Assembly: GCA_013239625.1 (NCBI GenBank)
Contig: MU055522.1
Span: forward strand, 310,001 to 374,000
Length of the DNA: 64,000 bases
Direction of reading: 5' to 3'
Source of the DNA: Lama guanicoe
Lineage: Eukaryota
This document shows, one piece after another, positions 1 to 13,300 of this stretch; position 1 is the first letter of the stretch, and every line of letters starts with the position of its first letter. The notes under the pieces are model-generated. The model was given only the letters and a program-made list of their open reading frames with translations, searched no databases and had not been told where the DNA came from. Made by a program: the position numbers and the translations under genes.

Positions 1-562
1 TGGCAAACTCAATCTGATGGATAATTTTTACAATAACAATATATTCCTAAGATTGTACCCAGAATTCTGCCACCCCAATACTCACAAGGAGAAAGAATGT
101 GAAATACATTATATTGAAAACAACCTGCAACACATTTAAATTTACTTATTCAACTATTTGTTACATAACTGACAACTAGTCCCAGTACTTCAGACCAGCA
201 AAATGATTGTGTTTAAATATCTATAAAGGAGATTTGGATAATTTTTACTTCAAAGTGTTTTAAAAGATTTAAAAATCCTGAAACAACATGCAAAGATTTC
301 TTGTCCCAAACTTTGAGAATCATCATTCCAAAGAATTATGAGGACAGCACTGAGAGGCAGTTGAAAACCAAATCCAATGTATGCATTGCTACCAAACTCA
401 CTGCTCGTGCCTGCCTGACGGGGTATGAAGTCCAGGCATGGAGGGCTTCCTGCAGGTGGCAGTCTTTGTGCCGTACCTGTCTTGAAGCCAAGTCAAAACT
501 GTGCTGCATTCACCAAACAGCTGTAATTCGAAAGGCTTTCTTCAGTTTCGGGCAATAGGGAT

Positions 563-607
563 TTTGTTTGTTTGTTTGGTTTTTGGTTTTTGGTTTTTGG
601 TTTGTTT
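563..607. repeat. (TTTG)n/(TTTTTGG)n simple repeat
   Basis: tttgtttgtttgtttggtttttggtttttggtttttggtttgttt read directly. Confidence 0.9.
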
Positions 608-2899
608 CTATATCCCAGAGCAGAAATAGGATCAAATTTTCTACAGTCTCTTCCATCAAAGTTCCATTTCTTCCCACAAATTTCATCTCTCCTCCTTCCT
701 CCTTCTTGGTCAATATATTGACTCCAAAAGTCCCCTTTGCTGGGAAAAATTAAACTTTTACTTTCAGTTCTTATTTTCACTCTGCTGGACAAACTCAGCC
801 CTGTAATACATCTGTTCTGGGACTCATCTCTTCCCACTGCACCTTAATGCACCACAATTTTTAAATTGGCTCTTTCAGGGGCTTGGTCAGCCACAGTTGG
901 GGCATCTACAGATTTCAGTATTTCTTCTTTTTCACCAGTTCTGTGCAATTCTAAACCAACCAATTTTCTTTACTTTAAAGAAGCTTGAAACACATTAGGA
1001 AAAGCATGTATTTAATGCACATCTTAGTATTTTATAGAGTTCAAATGATTTTTTTTCCCTGGTGAAAAGGTCAGAAAACATAGTATCAGAAATGGTTATA
1101 AATGTAGGTCTTTGGGCAGATGAGGCTGGAAGAAGGAAGGTCTCAAGGAGGTGCTGATTGTTCTAAGAAGAAAGTTCCTTTTTCCATTTTCATAAAAATG
1201 TCCCAAGTATTCACCCCGTCAGAACACTGCCTCACTTTTCCCCTGCTTCAGTGTGTCCACAGCGCAGTGGGATCAGGAGGAGAGCCGTCACAGCATAAAC
1301 GGAGGAGATGACACATTATCATGTTTGCTTTGTTTGCTTGTTTGTTTTGTTTTAGGGCAGAAATACAAACAAGTGGACTCAACTAATGAAAACTGCCTTT
1401 GTGCACTGCTCGTGGATACCCGAATAGCAGTGGGCAATTAAAAACAAACAAAAAAAAGACAATCTCTGCTTCTGTCAACCGCCTTTCACTTCTTACCTTA
1501 TGGGGTTGGATCAAGCAGGCGGACATCCAGACTCCAGCCCCTTTGGGGATCGTGGTTCACACTTAGAACACGCTCTGGGGTTAGATGCTAAGACGACTGG
1601 CCTTTGCACTGTTCCTTTTTTTTCTTTACTGTTACCTAACACAATGTCCCTAAGTGAACAATAATGTGCGGTCTTGGAATTTCAATTCCCATACTAACTC
1701 TGCCCCTAAATACAATCTGGTTTTTATTAGTAATTTAGAGCTAATGCACTTTGCAGAAAGTTTCCCTGTTCTGAGGTTATTCACACCTGGAATGAAATTC
1801 TGAAATGTCCAAAGAGGGGCACTAATTTTACCAGCCATAAAACTCCTAGACTGCAATATTCTACCTCTAGTGATGTTCAAAAATTCTCTTTCTTTCCTTT
1901 CTCTCTCTTTTCCTCTCTTCCTTTCCTTATTTTCTTCTTTCTTATTTTTGAAAAAGTAAAGATTTTGTTTCAGCTATCTACATTGTACATTATACATTCT
2001 GGAATGAAATTTATCAATCAATTAATTCTGAACTGGGCTAAGATCTGGTTTCTCTATGTATAAATTTACTTTTGGAAAAGTTAAACAGAGAAGTTCTTTC
2101 AGAAAATAATTGAGAGAAAAAAGTGCCCTCTAGTAATATTACTTGTCATGAAAATTTCAAGAGGAAACGTATTTGCTAAAATTGAAATTCCAGAACATCT
2201 CTCTTGAAACTAATTATCAATAAAAAGATGAATAACCTAAAGCCAAGGAGTTAGATTCAATCGGCCACTTTATACATAGTGACTGAAGATGAATACGAGC
2301 CCTTTGGAAAATGTAGATCTCAACTTCTTGAAAGCAAATTTGAAAGAAATAAGTAAGACAGCAACGTTTGTTAGTTTTTTTTTTAGGTCACAACGAAAAA
2401 AACAAAAGCTTTTTCTCTGAAGGCATAGTCCAGGATTGCTCTGAAACTGGGGTCAAGGAGAAACGTAAGTTTGTATAAATGCAGAATTGGGAAATACTGT
2501 AAATTTTTGAGTTGATTAACATAGTTACATAGAGGATGAAGGCTATGAAGGGAAAAATACCAAAACCAGAAATAAATTAAATATATATGTAAATAAGAAG
2601 TATCAACTAATGTGACAACACATAAAATGTATAAAGCTGTCCTTCTAAGGTTTGCTATTGTCATTGTCACCATTACTTGCTGTTACAGGCAATTTCCATG
2701 GTGACCAGAAAGCATATTTTACTTGAATATTACTCAGGTTAGGATAACATTAAATAAAGGAAAGAAAAAAGAAATACAGCAAAACAGTATAGTTTTATGA
2801 ATGGATTCTGCTCAAAAGTGTACCTATTTGGTTTGTCTTAAGCCCTTTACCAAAGCCACCAGCCTGGGGCCACGTTAGCAAGGGAACCTATGTTACCCT

Positions 2900-3085
2900 G
2901 GGAGACAAGTGGTTTGGTCACATCCAGGTTCACCCGCTCAACAGCTGTGTGACCTCAGGCAAATTAAGCAGTCTCTCTGGTGTTCAGTTTTCTAATCTCT
3001 CAATTTGTGAGAGTGATAGGTAACTTTTGAAAGTATTTTGTAAAGATTTTATAAGACAGTGGCTGCAGGGTACAAAATAAGAGTT
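2900..3085 (+). mobile_element. MIR SINE fragment
   Basis: agctgtgtgacctcaggcaaattaagcagtctctctggtgttcagttttctaatct resembles the MIR core (agctgtgtgaccttgggcaagttacttaacctctctgtgcctcagtttcctcatct). Confidence 0.8.
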
Positions 3086-6000
3086 ACAACATAGTATGTG
3101 CTTAAAAAATAAAGTTTTAGAGCCTGCGTATACAAAACAGAGACTGTCAAACCCTCTGACAAAATTAAGTTTATTCCATACTACCTCTTTGTTATCTACT
3201 TTAAGAATTTTCCTCAGCACCCATAGAAATTGTGGCTAAATTAGCAAAGAGTACAGACTTAAGAAAAAGTTTTTGTAATAAAGAAAAACTTAAGGTACAA
3301 TCTTACAGCTTACACTTTCCATCCTGGGAGGGGTAAGTTGGGCTAAATACGTGAGGTCCACCCTCCTCACTTCGGTAATTCACCCGGCAATGAGGCTATA
3401 GAAGACCCCTCATGGCTCCAGGAAGAACATGTTAGGTCCCTCTTAGCCCCTCCAAAAACCATTGCTTCTTAACACCTGTGCCTTAAAAACCAGATACAAA
3501 TACACAGTGAGAAAGATAGATGATCGATCTATAGATAGATAGCTCTGAATATTTGAAGTGGCCGAAAGGCAATATTTGGACAGGCAATTATTATCAGTAA
3601 ACTCTATTGGTTTGCAATCTAGAAAACAAAACAAAAAAAGCCTGAAGCCATTTTTTTCACTTCTAGCCACAAACTTACAGAAAAGCATGAGCATGTGAAT
3701 ACGAATTAAAGCCTGATGGAGTAGAGACACCTGTGAGACAAGTGATATTCTGACTTATTTCCCTGACTGTTCTATTTACCTGCTTTGAGACCAGGATAAA
3801 TACAGTTAATCACTATGTAGCTTATCTGGGAATTTTTTTCATATGCTTGTTTACAGTGGGAATATTCTTCATTCTTAACTCAAAGAGATGTTTCAAAGGG
3901 AGATGAAAAAATACATAAAGTGGACTGATTTTTACATTAATAAACTTACCAAGCTCCATTATCACTTCTAAACAGAAGGGAAAAGCAACACATTTATATA
4001 CATCTAGTAGATCATGCTGTAGATTTTGTTTTAAAGACAAAAAAAATTTGAATGAAGAAACCGTCAAACCAAATAGTCACAATTCTTAAGTTATCGTATC
4101 AAATGTAAAGATTTGAGTTACTTTGTTTTTTTATGGAAAGTTATCAAAAGTTGATGTCACAAAATTTTGGTTGTTTTGTTTTATTCAGTCTTGGAAACCA
4201 AACAACAGGAAGTAGTATCTGTCTACCAAATAATGCAATAAAAATCCTGCCATTTTATAAGAAACAAGGACTCCTCAGGCACGTAGTATAAAATTTAGAG
4301 GTATTTTATGGGAACTTATACATAAACATTGCTTATGGAGATTATAAAATGTTTAGGGCATTTTTCTTTGCTTTCTTTATTCTCCAAGACATGAAAAAAT
4401 ATCTTTTGCTGTTTAAAAATTCGAGATGTAAGTGCCATAGAATATTTGTTTATTAAATATTTGCTTGCAAATTTGGAAACTATATCTTGTGGGTGTCGTA
4501 TGCTTGGCCATTAAGGAAGCACTAAAATTACCAGCAGGTCTAATACTTTAAAAAGTCCATGCCCTCTGTTACAGTGACTGCACTGAATCCTCTGAAAGAG
4601 CTGGCTAATTGGTCAGTAAAGAAAGAAATTTTGACATACTCTGGTTGAGAAATAATGCCACTTAATAAAAGCAAATGTTAGTTAACAAAGGCAAACATGA
4701 ATTTTGATAAATTCTTTGAATTTTACTATTTAACAAATCAAATCTTATGGAAAACCATAGAATAGATATTGCCCCATTCAGATATTAATCATAAGATGCT
4801 GTCAGCAAGGATGTAATTTCTGGGGTTTGGATACACCATCCTGAAATGTATAAAGAAAAACACTATTTGCTTTTAACTGTAATACTTGCCTTTTAAAAAG
4901 AAACCTTAGGCAGGGAGCATTTCAAGTTGCCCTTCCATTTTATCCAAATACTGTCCCCTGACATCTTGGGCAACCCTAGTTTTGAGAAGACTTTTGCACG
5001 TCTGCACAGTCCTTGGTGATGTCCTTTATTTCACGCTTTGCTCTGGCCTCACATTTTTAGCCTAGTCTTCCTTTATTTTTAGCCCACACCTCACCCACTG
5101 TGCCATCTGGAAATATTATTAGATGAGTAACAATTACATTTCTGCTGAAAGACTATGGATTATCTGAAACAGTGTTTGATGATGTACCATCCTGCAGGAT
5201 GTAATAGTAAAACTGTCACCTACTATATCACACTGGCACCAACTACCCCATCGCACCTGCGAGGGCCCCTCCATCAAGTTCTGATTACTGTCAACAAGAG
5301 GTTAGCAATTGAAAAAGAGAGTAAAATTTGCAGAATAATGGCATCTGACATGCCTCCACAGCTGGCAAAGACATGTAACAGATGAAAAGGTAGCACGTAA
5401 TATAACTTTCATTTCTCGGCAAAGACACACACTCTACTGTGGGACATTTCAGCAACTGCTTATGACTTCTGTTAGATTCTCCTTTTTCTCCTAAAATGTA
5501 ATTAAATGCAGGAAGGCTGGGCTATATTTTACATAAATATTTATGTCAATTCAATGAACACTTCCTAACTATTCAAACTGGACTGAAATTTTTCTTCTTG
5601 GACAAAAAGCCATTACAGACCATTACAGCACATGGTCTGAAGCTCCATGTTTGGAGATGAAATCTATATTAAAACATCTAATTTCTGTCTTCCAAACTCC
5701 CCTACCTCCTCTTTGCTCTTATAGCAAGAGCTGTTTTTGCTTAAGCGGGAGCTAAACAAAATAAAACAAGACAAAATCCTTTTGTTTCAGCAAAAAAAAA
5801 TTGGAGATGTCTTGCTTACTCGGTGCCTTCTGGTTTCCAGTTATGCTCCTTTTAATGAGCGTGGACCCTCCCTTTTCGCTGTGCATCTAAGTCCCTCCCT
5901 GGGGGGAGAGTATGGGGAGAAATGGATGAGCCTAAAATTTCATAAGACCATCCATTCTTTTCTTTCGTAGTTTCCATAGAGAAGAAGTTGAGTAAGAATG

Positions 6001-7679
6001 AACTGATGCAAAATACAAGAAATACCTTTAACCCCATTTCCAGAGAAAGACTTGAGGAAATATACATTTCATATTCATGTAGACTTGCAAAGCGAGCTCT
6101 TCATATTTGCCATGACTTCATGGTTGACCAACTGTTGTGTGGAAGATCGATTTCTGATCAACATTTAAATTTTGTAATTTACTTCCAAATACATGGGCTC
6201 TCTGCAAATGTGTTCTCCTTGGGTCTATGAATTTGGAACATTAATGGTTTAAAAGTTTGGGGGGAAAATGATAGTTAGAATATATTAGCTAAAATAAGTA
6301 CTAAATTGTCAAGGGCATCAAATTATCTATGTTGTATAAGGCACTCATATGCTGTGTGCTAAACATTTGACAATGGGCCTTCCAGTCAACGATGACCTGG
6401 AACTTTATTCATCACGACACATGGTAGTCAAACAAGAACGTGTAGATATCAAGCTTAAACTCTCAGCTCAGCCAAGGTGGATATTATTTTGCAATGCTTA
6501 ATGAACATAAAGACATATCTAATTATAGAGTACAATTTGTGAAGAAAAATGAAGATTTTGCCAAAGCATTGTGGAAAGTGAGTTACAAATTTAATATTCC
6601 AGCAGGTTTTATGCCTGCTGCAATATTCTGCACGGGGTAGGTGTGCAGTAAGTGTTGGCAGGCTATATCCATAAAGTAAGACAATAGTTTCAATATTTAA
6701 ACATGGTTTATATCAAAGCCTCGGACGTGAAATTTAATGTTGGGAAGCACTGGTTACGGTTCTAAATATGCTATTAATGTAGGTCATTGTTTTTTTTTTT
6801 TTTTGCAAGTGATTTTATACTCTTAAGAAAATAAGCCAGACTCCTACCTCCTACCTCAGAAGTGCTTCGGACGTGGAGAGCATTTATGACAAAGGCTTTG
6901 ATTTCTGTGTCCATCCAGTAAATACAAAACATTCCTGTGTTTTAAGGATGTGCATACCTGCACACCTTATGACTTTAACAAATGTTTTTAAACTGCAGTT
7001 CGAAAGTTATTGATTTGGTAAAGCTCCAAACACATTTCTCCTAGTCAGTTTCCAACATCAACCCCATAAGCTTCAGAGTTGGATGCTTTTGCATATTTCA
7101 AGGGGCTATGCATGCAAAATTTGACTCTATTTCACAGACATATTGTTTTGTGTTTCAGCTGATGAATGTACAATGCAAATGGCTATAAAAATGAATGAAG
7201 TCACTCAGCCACTTTGATGTAAGCTCTGTTATAGATGAGCTTAGCATACAAGGGCTGAAATTAGGTAGGATATACAATGGGAAACGTATTATAATATTGA
7301 AAATATTGTAGTAATTTTTTGAGCTTCAGCATGGCTAGGTATTTTTCACAGGTATGAGATGAAGTTTTGAAGACATATTCTAGGATATCATTTTGCTGCT
7401 TTCAGAAATGTTTGGTCTGTTGGCTGCTATTGGGTAATTTGTTATACGGTGTGATAGCTGGGCTAACAGGCAGACTTGTGTGGATTCAGATCAACTAGAA
7501 AAATGGATTTACTGTATACACACTCACCAGTTTTATTTTAGTAACAAAAGGCCCTTAACTATTTAGAAGAGTGAAATAACACATTGGAAATATAGATCAG
7601 GTCACACACTATACCGACGATTGAACGTTTGTCTATGATGAAACTCAGTTTTATTGATTCCAAGCTATGGATAATGGAA

Positions 7680-7930
7680 AAGGGCTTTAGAGATCATAGG
7701 TGGTTATTTTCAAATTGTGTTGCATGATGCCTTTGGCATTCACTGTAAGTATCCTAGGCTTCCAGGAAGCAGAGCATGAAAAAACACTCATGGAGTGTGC
7801 CAAACAGGTCCACGACCCTATCATTGTATACTGTGCAAACTGCAGGTTTAGAACAAAATGTTCCTACTAAAACAAAGTCTAAACAAATTTTAAAAAGAGA
7901 TCTCACTGCTTAAAACACTGTAAAAACTGA
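7680..7930. mobile_element. Degenerate hAT-Charlie-type non-autonomous DNA element next to a MIR-like stub
   Basis: agggctttagagatcat, then gtggttattttcaaattgtgttgc ... ctcactgcttaaaacactgtaaaaactg resembling Charlie/MER TIR ends; family not resolved. Confidence 0.35.
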
Positions 7931-8209
7931 TCGAAACCCAGATTCTTCTTTAGAGAGGAAAAATACCAGTGCTTTACCGTGAGGCACAGTTATCTGATGG
8001 TTGCCTAGTTGTGCTTGTTTATTGTTGTTTCCATTTCAAATCCCCTATTTATTTAAGTTTTATGGTTCTGAACCTACAAGGATCTGGACAATGAATGTTC
8101 ACACACATATACTATGAGACATCAATCTGTGAAGTTACGCAACTCTCGCTTACTTGTTATTGGAAACAAGAATGAAACAATTGGGATGCTGCAGTTTTGA
8201 GATGCAAGT

Positions 8210-8640
8210 TTATTTCATTCACTTCTTTAATTGACAAACTTTTACAGAGGGCCTCCTATTTGCTAGATGCTTAGAAATTAACTAAAACTTGGGAAAACCA
8301 GTGGGTAAATGCATAATAATTATCAGTCATTTAAGGAGCATGATAGAGGTGTTCACCAAACTACTGGGGGACGCAAGAGAGAGAGAACCCAGGGATGGGA
8401 TGGGGTGGGCACGGGGATAGGAGAATCCCCAACTAGAAGCAGGTATTTGAGCAAGTCTTGGGCCAGAAAGTCTCCTTAAGGAGACGTTGGTTAGAACTAC
8501 GCAGAGGGCGGGGAAGGGCGCAAGGATTTAAGGCCAAGGACATGCTATTTGTAAATGTCCTCTGGAGGAGAAAGCCCAAGCTGGAGCATGCAGCAAAGGC
8601 AGGTATGACACAGGGATGCTGGCTGGAGCCCAGCTACCTG
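8210..8640 (-). mobile_element. L2 LINE 3' fragment
   Basis: ttcattcacttctttaattgacaaacttttacagagggcctcctatttgctagatgc is an antisense L2 3' end, followed by purine-rich L2 body (gcatgatagaggtgttcacc). Confidence 0.65.
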
Positions 8641-9929
8641 AAGAATGAATGATTTCTTTTGCGTTAGCTCCACATTGTCTTTTTTCTTGCTTCCTCTGTT
8701 TCTCTTTGGCCTGACCTGCCTGCTAGAGGTCAGGGAATCTAGAATGAAAGAGACGCAGATTTTGCAACAAAATGTTCCCAGAGGTTGAGGACTGAATCTC
8801 AGAGTCTATGCTTGCTTAATATTGCACCGTGTGTGATATGCAACACCATTATGTGAAAGTATCTTACATTAGTGCATGATAAAAAATTGACTATGTTCTT
8901 CTCAATAATTCAAGAGAATGAGTCTGCTCGTAAAAAGAGTTGCCAAGCCCATCACGAAGGAGGCGCTTGTAAGTGGTGGCTACTGCCTGATTATCTGTGG
9001 TGAGGCTTCCACTAGTGAACGGAAGGGTCCAGGTCACAGAGCCCGGGCTGGCTGGCCAGAGAAGTCGGGCTGGCTGGCCAGAGAATTCAGGCTGGGACGA
9101 TGTCGCCTTGCAGAAGAGGAGAAAGCGGAGGAGCCAAGCGCGATGAAGACCCACATCTTTATTTAAACAGTTGACCAGCCAAGAAATCAGAGAAGATTAC
9201 TGGGATGGGGTCAGGTTTTTGCGTGCCAGGTAGCACTCCTCAGCTAACACTGTTATGAGTTGGTATATGAACCAGAGCGGGAGAAATCCCAAATCCAGAG
9301 ACATGGCATCTCGCACAACTAAGACGAGTATCAGGCACCTCCTCTTATTGCCCTGCTTGTCCTGTCTTCCACCTCTCCCTACTCTCTTCCTATTTACATA
9401 TACGTGTTTTCCCTTTCTTGGATTATTTCTGCTCAGCCTCATCTGGTCCTTTTGTCTCTGGCATTACGTGCTGGTTTAAATATCCATCTGCTGACTTCGT
9501 CACCGTTCTCAGTGAGAGTCTGTGCCTTAGGAGCTTCAGACTTGCTGCGTCTCAGGATCCCTGGCGACAAGAAACTGAAAAAGATTAGAGAAGCTACAGA
9601 AGGGACTGGCTGTAGAAACAGCTGCCTGTTCCTGAGCTGGATCCAGGACGTGCTGGTAGCATAACAGGGCCAACCTACTGAGGTCTTACTGGCGAGTCAC
9701 TGGACAATGCTTCTATTTGGATGGATTTACGGAGGCCTTAATGCCGCTTTTCATGCCATAAGGAGGCGGCATTATTACATGCAGCGTCAGCTGTTGTTCA
9801 GTACTTACACATTTGACTTTTTTTTTCAGAAGTCAGTTTACTTTGAAGCAAATCTAAATATAAGGTAAAAGATGCAACGCTGTGTTACACCTTGATAACG
9901 GAGTTTCTCATAAAATTAACCTAGCAGCA

Positions 9930-10269
9930 TTTTCTTTGCCAGGTTTGGAATTGCTTGGGACCCATCACCTCTTCCTTCCTTCCATTTTTGTACCGTTTGG
10001 AATGGAAGCATCTATCCTTTGCCTGCCCCACCGTTCTGTTCTGGGAACACATGACTTGTCTGGTTTCACAGGCTCCTAGCTGGAGAGGACTTTTACCTCA
10101 AGATTAATGTTACCTGGAGTCTCACTTGTGTCTCATTTAGAAGATACTCAGATGAGACTTTGCACTTTAGAGCTGATACTGAAATAGGTCAAGACGTTCG
10201 GGATGTTGGGATGGAATCAATCTATTTGCACATAAGATGGACAAAAAATTTAAAGGGCCAGGTCTGGAA
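9930..10269 (+). mobile_element. MaLR (MLT1A-type) internal-region 3' end with polypurine tract
   Basis: tctatcctttgcctgccccaccg...gtctggtttcacaggctcctagctggagagga...gatgagactttgcactttagagctgat...aaagggccaggtctggaa, abutting the LTR. Confidence 0.8.
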
Positions 10270-10618
10270 TACTTTGAACTGAATTGTGTCCCCCCGAAAT
10301 TCACACTGAAGTCTTAAGCCCCATTGTGACTCCATGTGAAGACAGAGCCAAAGAGGTGAGAAAGGTTAACCGAGGTCACAAGGGTGGGGCCCTAACATGA
10401 CAGCATCGGTGCCTTTATTACTAGAGGAGGAGGAACCTGGAGGACACAGGGAGAAGGTGGCCATCTGGAAGCCAGGAAGTGCGTTCTCGCCGGGAACCAA
10501 ATTCGCCAGCGTCTTGTTCTTAGGCTTCTGTTCTCCAAAACTGTGGGAAATAAATTTCTCATGTGTGAGCCACCTGGTCTGGCGTATTTTGCTATGGCAG
10601 CCTGAGCAGTCTAATATG
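10270..10618 (+). mobile_element. MLT1A-family LTR (ERVL-MaLR)
   Basis: gaactgaattgtgtcccccc start; agggtggggccctaac; gaggacacagggagaaggtggccatct; aataaatttct...agccacctggtctggcgtattttgctatggcagcctgagcagtctaata end. Confidence 0.9.
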
Positions 10619-11627
10619 ACTCTCGATACTTCTTATGCTTTTAACTTCTCATAATTTCTTGAAACCCTTGCTCTTTTCATTTCCTGCATTGTAACTGGTA
10701 TCAGTATGTACCATGTGTTCTCTTTTTGGAAATCCAAGCGTCCTTCAATGGCGACTGAAGTTTCATCTTTACTATGATGATATTATTAATTGGCAAGGTA
10801 TGTACTAAACAATAAACTAATTATTGATTCATTTATTCACTGGACATGTATTTTCCACCCTTTTCATGTCAGCCAGTGACATGAAAGTCCTCATAACAGA
10901 CCATCAAGGAATGTTTAGAAGTGGGAAATTCACATATCTGTTCAAACATAGAAAAGGAAGGTATGGTTCACAATGATTAAAAAAAAATAAATTTTACCTC
11001 CCTTTTTTCTACTTATGAAGGCAGGTAGGTGAGGGAAGGAGAAAAGTATGTCTCACATTTCTAAGTTTTAGCCAAGACTTCTGACTGCTCAGTGTGAAAC
11101 CAATGGCTCTTTATTAACGCAAAGCCAGGCCCACATAGAATGTCAAATTTTTCTGCATAATAAAATGCAGGGAATGCAGTTTTGGGGAAGGATTTAAAGG
11201 GAAATACCATAGGAGAATAAAAAGCTGAGAGATTTTGTAAAGGCGTGGATTTGGGACAGGAGGCGTGGGATTCAAATAACACAGTAAGTAGGAGTCTGGA
11301 ATCTGAAAAGAAATGTAGCAGCTGAGAAATTCCCTGCAGCATTAAATATAGGGCTTGCAATAAAGAAGTATACGATACACAGTTTTAGGTTGTTTGTGCT
11401 GTTGTCATGTTAACTCAGAAATCACCTCAAATACTTTATGAGTCATCTTTTGAGAAACCAAGGAATATGGACCACTTTTTCTCAATTAACACAAAGCAGA
11501 AAATTGAGAACAAGTCTATATAGCTCCTAGATTCCAGAAAACATTTTCAGGGGGTCACAGGTAATAGAATTTAGTGGAATCTAGACCTGGAGCCAGAAGC
11601 AACCATTGCCTATGGAATCCCTGGGAT

Positions 11628-12045
11628 TGCATGAATTTCCTAAGCTACACCAACAAAATACCACAGTTGGATAACTTAAACAGCTAAGGATTTACTTTCT
11701 CACAGTTCTGGAGTCTGGAAGTCCATAGTCAAGGTGTTGGCACGGCTGGGTCCTTCTGAAGGTGGTGAGGACGGGATGTGTTCCAGGCCTCTCTCCTTGG
11801 GCCGTAGACAGCTGTCGTCTGCCGTGCTTCCACATCTTCTTCCCTCCATGTCTGTCTGTGTCTAAATTCTATCTTCTATGAGGACATCAATTATTTTGGA
11901 TTCGGGCCCACCTGAATGAATTCTTTTTAACTTAATTGCTTATTTAGTGATCCTATTCCCATCTATGGTCACATTTTTAGGTGCTGAGGGTTAGGATCAA
12001 TGTAGGCATTTTGGGAGGTAAATGCATACATTTCTGCCTAAAACA
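11628..12045 (-). mobile_element. Solo MLT1B-like LTR with intact 5-bp TSD
   Basis: TG...CA termini; gggat at 11623-11627 and 12046-12050; tctcacagttctggagtctggaagtcc...aaggtgttggca MaLR signature. Confidence 0.9.
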
Positions 12046-12916
12046 GGGATTCATAGCAATCTTGAGATCTTTATTGTACTTTCTATAGAAGGTGTACATA
12101 GGAATACTCAGCCAATGATTTTCATCTCCGAAGATTATGTACCCTCAGCACATACCTAAGTTTTATAACCCATCTAAAGATTCACAAAATTAAATTCAAT
12201 ATTTAATAATCAACCTGATGCACAGCTTTCCTGTGGCAGATCTAAGATTGAAAGCCAGGGCTTGCAAAGACTGGGTCTCTCAGTGCATCATCTGCCTCTC
12301 AGTCATACTCACAAAGAAATACACCTGATGTATGCATTTCTGGTATATTAAAGTATCATTTTAACACATTATTAAAACTAATATAACCTTCAATTGCTTA
12401 ACTAAACTTTTTGAGCCAAGAACACATTACAATAAAAAGCAATTTTACGTGAGTAATTTATACCAATTTTTAGTTTTGATTTAATATAAAAAGAACATAG
12501 AGTTTACCAAAAAAAAAAAAAGTAAGAAAAGAAGCATTCTGTGAGAAGATACATGTCTTGAATTCTTACCCACTGCTAAAAGTATAACATTTTGAATGTA
12601 TCCCTTAAGACAGATTTCAAAAATTACAAGGAAGGAATTTTCATATTAGTTTCATCTTTGTCTTAAGCATTGACATTTATTATTCAAGATGCCATAATGA
12701 AACTTAGTCATGATAATATTAAGAAAACGGGGACATTTTCAAAGCACATTTATATCCTTATTTATTTGCACTGTAAAAGTCTGTTAGCTAAAGTGCAAGT
12801 AACAGAAACCCAAAATGTAAGCCATAGATAAAAGCTATAATCTATAAAGAGACGAATGCCTTTAAATAAAGTAATATCAAGAATTTTTTTTTGCTTAGAG
12901 AAACTGACGTCTTGAA

Positions 12917-13206
12917 CAATGATTCTTATACTGACTTACTGGAAATATTAGCTGTCAGTTTTGGGAGACTTTCAGTGAAGGAGAAAGAGTCTCTGTGGTC
13001 AGTTAGGCTTGGGAAATGAATGGGTAAAGCTTAAGTGATTTCTGTCCTGTAAAATTTGTCAGAAGTCAAGTAAACTAACACTTCTAAAGTCTCCAAAAGT
13101 GTAATACAGTATAGAACATGCCATCAATGTACATGATTAGGGAACCCATGCTGGAGGGTCACCCTTCAGGGAAATAATTCTTCAGAATGTTCTTTTGGAA
13201 ACATTG
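12917..13206. mobile_element. MER103C-like hAT-Charlie non-autonomous element
   Basis: ctgtggtcagttaggcttgggaaatg...gtctccaaaagtgtaatacagtat...gggaaccc...ttttggaaacattg matches remembered MER103C layout. Confidence 0.6.
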
Positions 13207-13237
13207 TTCCAAATACATCATAGAATATTTTCAGACT

Positions 13238-13300
13238 CAATTCATTTCAACAAGCATTTAGTAAGGATCTCCGATATTCAAAATATTGGGCTTAGCGTCT
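13238..13300 (-). mobile_element. L2 3' terminal stub
   Basis: ttcatttcaacaagcatttagtaagg...tattgggcttag. Confidence 0.5.

Noticed and set aside
2122-2136. CTCF-like motif (ttactagagggcact on minus); similar at ~30945 and ~58432
   Set aside because: Core CC or GGC positions are mismatched; cannot be supported without PWM scoring or ChIP
4920-4980. Possible mini hAT MITE (gttgccc...gggcaac)
   Set aside because: Only a 7-bp inverted match and no TSD
8918-9166. 82-aa ATG ORF in a GC-rich patch
   Set aside because: No known homology; the frame is open because of GC content, and no promoter or poly-A context is visible
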